Shown here: piece by piece, positions 58,851 to 64,000 of the stretch
How the letters are laid out: every line of letters starts with the position of its first letter
Position numbering within the stretch: the stretch's first letter is position 1
NCBI GenBank assembly: GCA_029932605.1
Contig: JAOZPT010000001.1
Location: forward strand, 32,001 to 96,000
Origin: Candidatus Zixiibacteriota bacterium
GTDB lineage: Bacteria; Zixibacteria; MSB-5A5; UBA10806; 4484-95
Reading direction: 5' to 3'
Length of the DNA stretch: 64,000 nucleotides
The notes under the pieces: model-generated
Told to the model about the DNA's origin: nothing
What the model saw: only the letters and a program-made list of their open reading frames with translations
The model's database searches: none
Program-made: the position numbers and the translations under genes

Positions 58851-60353
58851 GTGGTCTTTTCACTTTTTCCAAACAACGATCAGTGGTTCGATTCTTATAC
58901 TTATGCTTTAAATGTTAGGGATGGTGTTGATTTATTTCATCCACATCATCTGCTTTACAATGTGCTGGGGTATTTATTTTACAATGCATTCAAATTTACA
59001 GGCATTGGAAGTTTGAAGCTTCTTTCTTTTGTAAATTCGATTTTTGGTGTATTTACATTGGTGCTGATTTTTTTGATTGTAAAAAGTCGAAAAGGTTCGA
59101 TATCAGCAACACTTTCAACCCTGATAATCGGTTTTTTATATTCATTCTGGTATTACTCCACCTCAGTTGAGGTTAATATGCCGGCTTTGATGTTTTTATT
59201 CATTGCCCTATACCTGTTAACGGTTAAGCCACAGTCAAGAACAAACACAATAGCCGTCTATATTTTTATTTCAGTCGGCGTCCTTTTCCATCAATTGTTG
59301 ATATTAAGTTTAATTCCTATTTTTATTTATGATATAAAGAAATACCGTTCATTTGCTAAACCTGTTTTATATGTTTTGCCCGGTTTTGGGATAATGGCAC
59401 TGACATATATCATAATCGGGATATTGAAGGCACCCGAGAAAAGCATAAATGGATTGTATGAGTGGTTGACATTGTATAGCCACTATGGCCAATGGGGTAA
59501 AATTAGAACCGAGAATTTAATAATCGGTTTTTGGGGAATAACAAAAACTATATTCGGAGGAGATAGCCTCAGGCGGATTTTTTATGATGGTAGGTTATCC
59601 TGGTTAAATATGATTTATTGCATGGCTGTAGTTATTGTAACTGCAGGGATGGTCTGGCTTTTATTGACTTCCATAATATTGTTTTGGCGTCATCACAATC
59701 AACAAGGGTTGTTGATGTTGGGCTTTATCTTCGTTTTTGGAGTATTTGCTTTCTGGTGGGCTCCCAGCGATGATGGTTTTTGGCTTTTCCCCGTTATTTT
59801 GGTTTTGCTTTTTGCGTTTGGAGAGAACAGTTATAGATATCAAAGGCAAAAAATAACTAATGTTGTTCTGATTTTACTTTTAGCGATAAACATTGGTTAC
59901 GAGATTATCCCTGCCTCACAAAAGGAGAACTCGATTGCCCGACAGGGAGCGAGTGCTTTGGCAAGGTTTGAACTTGCAACCAGTGATCTAGTACTGACTA
60001 ATTTTAACCAGATACGCTTAGCGTTAGATTATCATCACCGGATAAAAGTACCTACTGCAAGTCTTGTATATTTAGAAAGCGGTGATAAAGATATTGTGAT
60101 CTCAAATTACCAAAAACGTATTAAAGAAGTTCTTTCAAGGGGAAAAGTTCTATTATTTGAAGATGAGATTAGGCCTGAACCCCACAGGCGATTTCTTTAC
60201 GAACGGTTTTCCCCTGATGATTATTCCAAAACGTATAGCCCTTTTATTCCTTATTTAATACCTGTAGACTCTATTAAAGCTTACGGTAGAAATGTAATTA
60301 TATATCGGATCGATCCTGAGATAATATCCGCTGGTAAGATTACATCAGAATGA
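58851..60353 (+). CDS. Polytopic membrane protein, probable GT-C/PMT-like glycosyltransferase (DUF2723-like)
   Basis: DSYTY, HPHHLLY, SFWYYSTSVEV and LFHQ motifs with many TM helices; true start may be slightly upstream (frame open from 58797). Confidence 0.6.
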   Translation: MVFSLFPNNDQWFDSYTYALNVRDGVDLFHPHHLLYNVLGYLFYNAFKFTGIGSLKLLSFVNSIFGVFTLVLIFLIVKSRKGSISATLSTLIIGFLYSFWYYSTSVEVNMPALMFLFIALYLLTVKPQSRTNTIAVYIFISVGVLFHQLLILSLIPIFIYDIKKYRSFAKPVLYVLPGFGIMALTYIIIGILKAPEKSINGLYEWLTLYSHYGQWGKIRTENLIIGFWGITKTIFGGDSLRRIFYDGRLSWLNMIYCMAVVIVTAGMVWLLLTSIILFWRHHNQQGLLMLGFIFVFGVFAFWWAPSDDGFWLFPVILVLLFAFGENSYRYQRQKITNVVLILLLAINIGYEIIPASQKENSIARQGASALARFELATSDLVLTNFNQIRLALDYHHRIKVPTASLVYLESGDKDIVISNYQKRIKEVLSRGKVLLFEDEIRPEPHRRFLYERFSPDDYSKTYSPFIPYLIPVDSIKAYGRNVIIYRIDPEIISAGKITSE

Positions 60354-60457
60354 CATTTAGCTCCTTACGGTGGGAGTAGTATTATTGTTCAACCGGTCCG
60401 GGGCGAATTGTGGACTGATGGTACGATAGATGCAGGCTGTATTTGTCTATTAAGAAG

Positions 60458-62452
60458 CTATTTCAAAATATGGTCCATGAAATAGACATAATAGCTGGTG
60501 TATTCGTCGATAACTTTTTGTTTGGTGGTTGGTCCGTGACCGGATGTTGTATCCTCGAAATATAAAACATCCTTGCCTAGTTTGCCGAGGAGATATCCGA
60601 AGCGACGTGGATCTCCAGCGAAAACTCGGGGGTCATTGAAACCACTGGTTATGAATATCGGTTTTTTGAGATTTTCGGATTTGAAGATGGGTGATAAGTC
60701 ATGTGTCAGATCACTACCTATCTTGCCGAATTCGAGTTCCCAAATCTTCAGGCCGCCTTTGTCACCATGGATTTGGCAATAATCATGGTCGGCGACTCCT
60801 ACTTGGCTTATGGCACAGGCGAACTTTTCCGGAGCTGTTACAGAAAGGTAGTTTACTGTATAACCACCATATGAAGCACCCCAGATACCGATTTTATCGG
60901 GATTAGAGTACCCTTCATTAATCAGGTAATCTAAGGCGGCTTCGGCATCGCCCAAAGCAGCATATCGTCCCTCGAGATTATCAGCCTTTTCCCAAGCGGG
61001 ACCATATCCCGTTGAACCTCTGACATTGGGGCGCAGAATAATTATACCTTTTGATAAGGCAAAAGCGAGATTTCTCTGGAAGTATGGATGCCATTGTTCG
61101 GGAGGCCCACCATGATAATCGACTATAGCGGGGTTGTTGCCGTCTTTTTTAACGTTTGTTGGAACGTAAAGAAGTGCTGGTATCATTGTGCCATCTTTGG
61201 ATGGATAACGAATAACTTTGACTTTTATATTGGAAAAATCGAAACCGAACGTGGAAACAGAAGCCAAAGGTATAATTTCATTTACACCTAAGCGGAAATA
61301 ATATATTGATGGTTGAATGTTTGGTGAGCTGAAACCGTAAACAAATTCGCCATAATCGTTGACGAAACCATTTTCATCAAAGGGGCCTTCGCCTGAGAGG
61401 TAACCCACTGGTAGTTTGGGCACATTCAACTTATTACCATTGAGATCAAAAGCCTCCAGTTCGGAATAACCATCCTTGTTTAGGGTTATGATAGCCGATC
61501 TTACACTTTTAACATATTCAAAACCAGCCGATTCCATTTTGGGGTCATAGACAAGGTGCATTTTTTTCGGCTTTTTCAGTTTTATATAGACAACTTTATT
61601 GAATTCATCCGGCATGGAGAGAGCGTCGGTAATAAATACAACACGGCCATCTCCGGTAAAGAGTGCATTTTCAAAATTGCCACGTTTAGTGAGGTTTTTG
61701 GTTTTCAGGGTGTTTTCATCTAAAATGAAAAGTTGGTTTTCGGAAAAGGAGAAGAATCGGCCGCAAAGGAGCAGACCATTTTCGTAATCGTAAATGCCAG
61801 CCCATTCTTTATCTTGGTAAAGCGTGTCTAACTTATCGGTTGGAATAGTGTATTTACAGAAGAACTGGTTTTGCCGGTCGTCGATTGTTAAGAAAAACTC
61901 GTCTTTGTTCTTAAAGACGATGTTAGCGTATCTAACATCAGGATTAACCAAAAGCGGTTTGAAGCTGCCATCGCGGTTGAACATGTAAACATCGTGTCGT
62001 TCGCTACCGTGATACATAACCAGAACCAGAACGAATTCACCAGAAGGATAAACATCATAACCCCATATCGAATAACCTTCTTCAGCCCAGTTGTTTGGTG
62101 AAAGCTGTTTTGGCCACCCCATTGGTTTATCGATATAAAAGAGGTGGCTGATTTCGCCGGTGATTCTCATCATGAAATATATTCTACCTGTGTTATCTAT
62201 CTGGGGGTAGCTGACATGATCTATTCCCAGAAGGAAGGAAAGGTCTTTATAGGTTTTTTCCCAGTAGGGGGAACTTTCGAGTTTTTCCTTGGTTGCCTGA
62301 TTACAGCTGTCAATGTAAGCCATCATACGGCTGGTGTCGGAGATAATCCAGTTATCTGCTTCCTTGAGAATATCCTCTATCTTTCCGGCAAATCCTGTAG
62401 CTGTATAATATCCTAATATTGCCAAACATACGAAAACAATGCATCTTTTCAC
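60458..62452 (-). CDS. S9 family (prolyl oligopeptidase/acylaminoacyl peptidase) secreted serine peptidase
   Basis: Signal peptide, propeller region, HGGP, PNVRGSTGYG, GASYGG, NDPRV and GHG triad. Confidence 0.9.
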   Translation of the reverse strand: MKRCIVFVCLAILGYYTATGFAGKIEDILKEADNWIISDTSRMMAYIDSCNQATKEKLESSPYWEKTYKDLSFLLGIDHVSYPQIDNTGRIYFMMRITGEISHLFYIDKPMGWPKQLSPNNWAEEGYSIWGYDVYPSGEFVLVLVMYHGSERHDVYMFNRDGSFKPLLVNPDVRYANIVFKNKDEFFLTIDDRQNQFFCKYTIPTDKLDTLYQDKEWAGIYDYENGLLLCGRFFSFSENQLFILDENTLKTKNLTKRGNFENALFTGDGRVVFITDALSMPDEFNKVVYIKLKKPKKMHLVYDPKMESAGFEYVKSVRSAIITLNKDGYSELEAFDLNGNKLNVPKLPVGYLSGEGPFDENGFVNDYGEFVYGFSSPNIQPSIYYFRLGVNEIIPLASVSTFGFDFSNIKVKVIRYPSKDGTMIPALLYVPTNVKKDGNNPAIVDYHGGPPEQWHPYFQRNLAFALSKGIIILRPNVRGSTGYGPAWEKADNLEGRYAALGDAEAALDYLINEGYSNPDKIGIWGASYGGYTVNYLSVTAPEKFACAISQVGVADHDYCQIHGDKGGLKIWELEFGKIGSDLTHDLSPIFKSENLKKPIFITSGFNDPRVFAGDPRRFGYLLGKLGKDVLYFEDTTSGHGPTTKQKVIDEYTSYYVYFMDHILK

Positions 62453-62574
62453 TTAACTTTCCTCCTTAAACATTTTCCATTTTTACATTTTTGTAAACGT
62501 ATTTTCATTGATATAGTTACGATTAAAGATAAAAATTGATACAATAAGTTTTTCATAGCATTTATTGTAAATAC

Positions 62575-63363
62575 TTAACCTTCTTTAACATCGTAGTTGT
62601 AAAGGATTTTGCTTAACAGTTTATCTATTTGGTTAATTCTGAAAGGCTTGGCGATATAGCCGCTGGCACCTTCCTGAATTGCTTTCTTGGGAGGATATGC
62701 TAAAGGATAGCCTGTTATAATTACAACTGGCAGGTCCGGATATTTGGATTTTATTGACTGCAAGAGTTGTATACCATTTATCCTGGGCATCATTATATCA
62801 GTAATGACGAGGTCGTAGTTGTTATTATCGATCGTCTCTAATGCTTCCTTTCCATCCTTTGCCCCATCGGCCTGGTAACCTAAGGCATCAAGGGAGTCAA
62901 GCATGGTTTTTAGAATTGATTGTTCATCATCGACAACCAGGATTTTTTTGCGTGTAGGTAAATGTCTTGATGCAACAAAATCATAACCCTTTAAAGTTTT
63001 TTCAATCAGCTCCTCCACTTTGCCGATTCTAAACGGTTTTACCAGAAAACCATCAGCTCCAGCTTCAAGAACATTTTTTTCTGGAACACCTTTACCTGAA
63101 ATCGCCAATACAGGCATTTGAGGATATTCCTCTTTGATTGTTTTTATCAAATCGATACCTGATTTATCCTTTAATATGACATCGGTTATGATGACATCGA
63201 TATTTTCGGATTTTAAAATACCCAGAGCCCGTTGGTAATCTTCAGCGGTAATAGTATTATATCCGATGGCTTCAAGCGTATCACCCAGTAGTTCGCGAAT
63301 CATCTTTTCGTCGTCCACCACCAGTATTTTTATAGAATCGATGTCATATGATAAGTTATCCAT
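62575..63363 (-). CDS. Response regulator made of two tandem receiver domains
   Basis: Two ILVVDDE...ITD...(S/T)G...KPF repeats; no output domain. Confidence 0.88.
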   Translation of the reverse strand: MDNLSYDIDSIKILVVDDEKMIRELLGDTLEAIGYNTITAEDYQRALGILKSENIDVIITDVILKDKSGIDLIKTIKEEYPQMPVLAISGKGVPEKNVLEAGADGFLVKPFRIGKVEELIEKTLKGYDFVASRHLPTRKKILVVDDEQSILKTMLDSLDALGYQADGAKDGKEALETIDNNNYDLVITDIMMPRINGIQLLQSIKSKYPDLPVVIITGYPLAYPPKKAIQEGASGYIAKPFRINQIDKLLSKILYNYDVKEG

Positions 63364-64000
63364 CAACGTTTCCCTTGTTTTCTGATAATAGTTAAAACCT
63401 TATCTGTGTTTTTTCTCATGATTTGTTCTGATTCTGCTTCAAGGTTAAGCCTTAAAAGGGGTTCGGTGTTTGATGGCCTGACATTGAACCAGAAAGAACC
63501 GGCATCAATAGTTATACCGTCTAATGAGTCTATTTTTGCTTTGGGAAATGCCTCTGTCAACTCCTTTAATTTGCCTGGTATGTCACTGACTGTTGAGTTG
63601 ATTTCACCTGAACGGTAATATTTATCGAATGTAGCTACAAGCTTTGACAGTTTCGCTTTACCGTTGATATCTATCGGGCTTTTACTTAAGAGCTCTAGGC
63701 AGACCGTAAAGGCGATCAGTCCAGAGTCGGCATACCAGTTATCCCTGAAATAAAAGTGCCCTGAATGTTCACCCCCGAAGATAGCTTTATGTTTTTTCAT
63801 AATTGGTTTGATGATGGCATGTCCTACTTTCGTGCGGATTGGTTTACCGCCATTTGCTTTGATGACTTCCGGCACCGCTTTTGAGCAGATAAGGTTGTAT
63901 ATGATAGTAGAGCCTGGGTGCTTTTTTAGCATCGACTGGGAGACCAGGGCTGTTATCATGTCCCCACCAAGAGGCTTGGCATTTTCATCGACGAGGAACA
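63363..64000 (-). CDS. Phosphomannomutase/phosphoglucomutase (5'-truncated by the window edge)
   Basis: KVGH, GGEHSGHFYF, SGEIN, DGITI and VRPSNTEPLLRLN; frame stays open to the window end. Confidence 0.92.
   Translation of the reverse strand, partial: FLVDENAKPLGGDMITALVSQSMLKKHPGSTIIYNLICSKAVPEVIKANGGKPIRTKVGHAIIKPIMKKHKAIFGGEHSGHFYFRDNWYADSGLIAFTVCLELLSKSPIDINGKAKLSKLVATFDKYYRSGEINSTVSDIPGKLKELTEAFPKAKIDSLDGITIDAGSFWFNVRPSNTEPLLRLNLEAESEQIMRKNTDKVLTIIRKQGKR

Noticed and set aside
60358..60450. Intrinsic terminator between convergent genes
   Set aside because: Only short imperfect hairpins without a clear U-tract.

Overview
Moderately AT-rich bacterial chromosome segment, mostly housekeeping: valS, priA, purM, gpmI, lnt, hutU and a full dcw cluster from mraZ to ftsZ, with no murB/ddl inside it. 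PorV-like, PorZ-like and C25/CTD genes suggest an FCB-associated lineage, possibly Zixibacteria-like (inference). No rRNA, tRNA, CRISPR array or transposase was recognised. Most notable: (1) a LeuC/aconitase-fold protein fused to two N-terminal HTH-like repeats that keeps its three Fe-S cysteines but has lost the catalytic and substrate-binding residues, so it is a candidate Fe-S-sensing regulator; (2) an lnt-porZ-like-GNAT-deacetylase-GT4-GT2-GT-C run that mirrors vimA-vimE-vimF of the T9SS cargo-anchoring sugar pathway; (3) matching sigma54 motifs upstream of the PorV-like and C25 protease genes; (4) a polyprenyl-phosphate phosphoribosyltransferase + DUF362 + SMR-type flippase module; (5) a 317-bp tandem duplication within a cluster of about 12 GTAG-type REP hairpins; (6) four probable leaderless genes with identical -35-to-ATG spacing.
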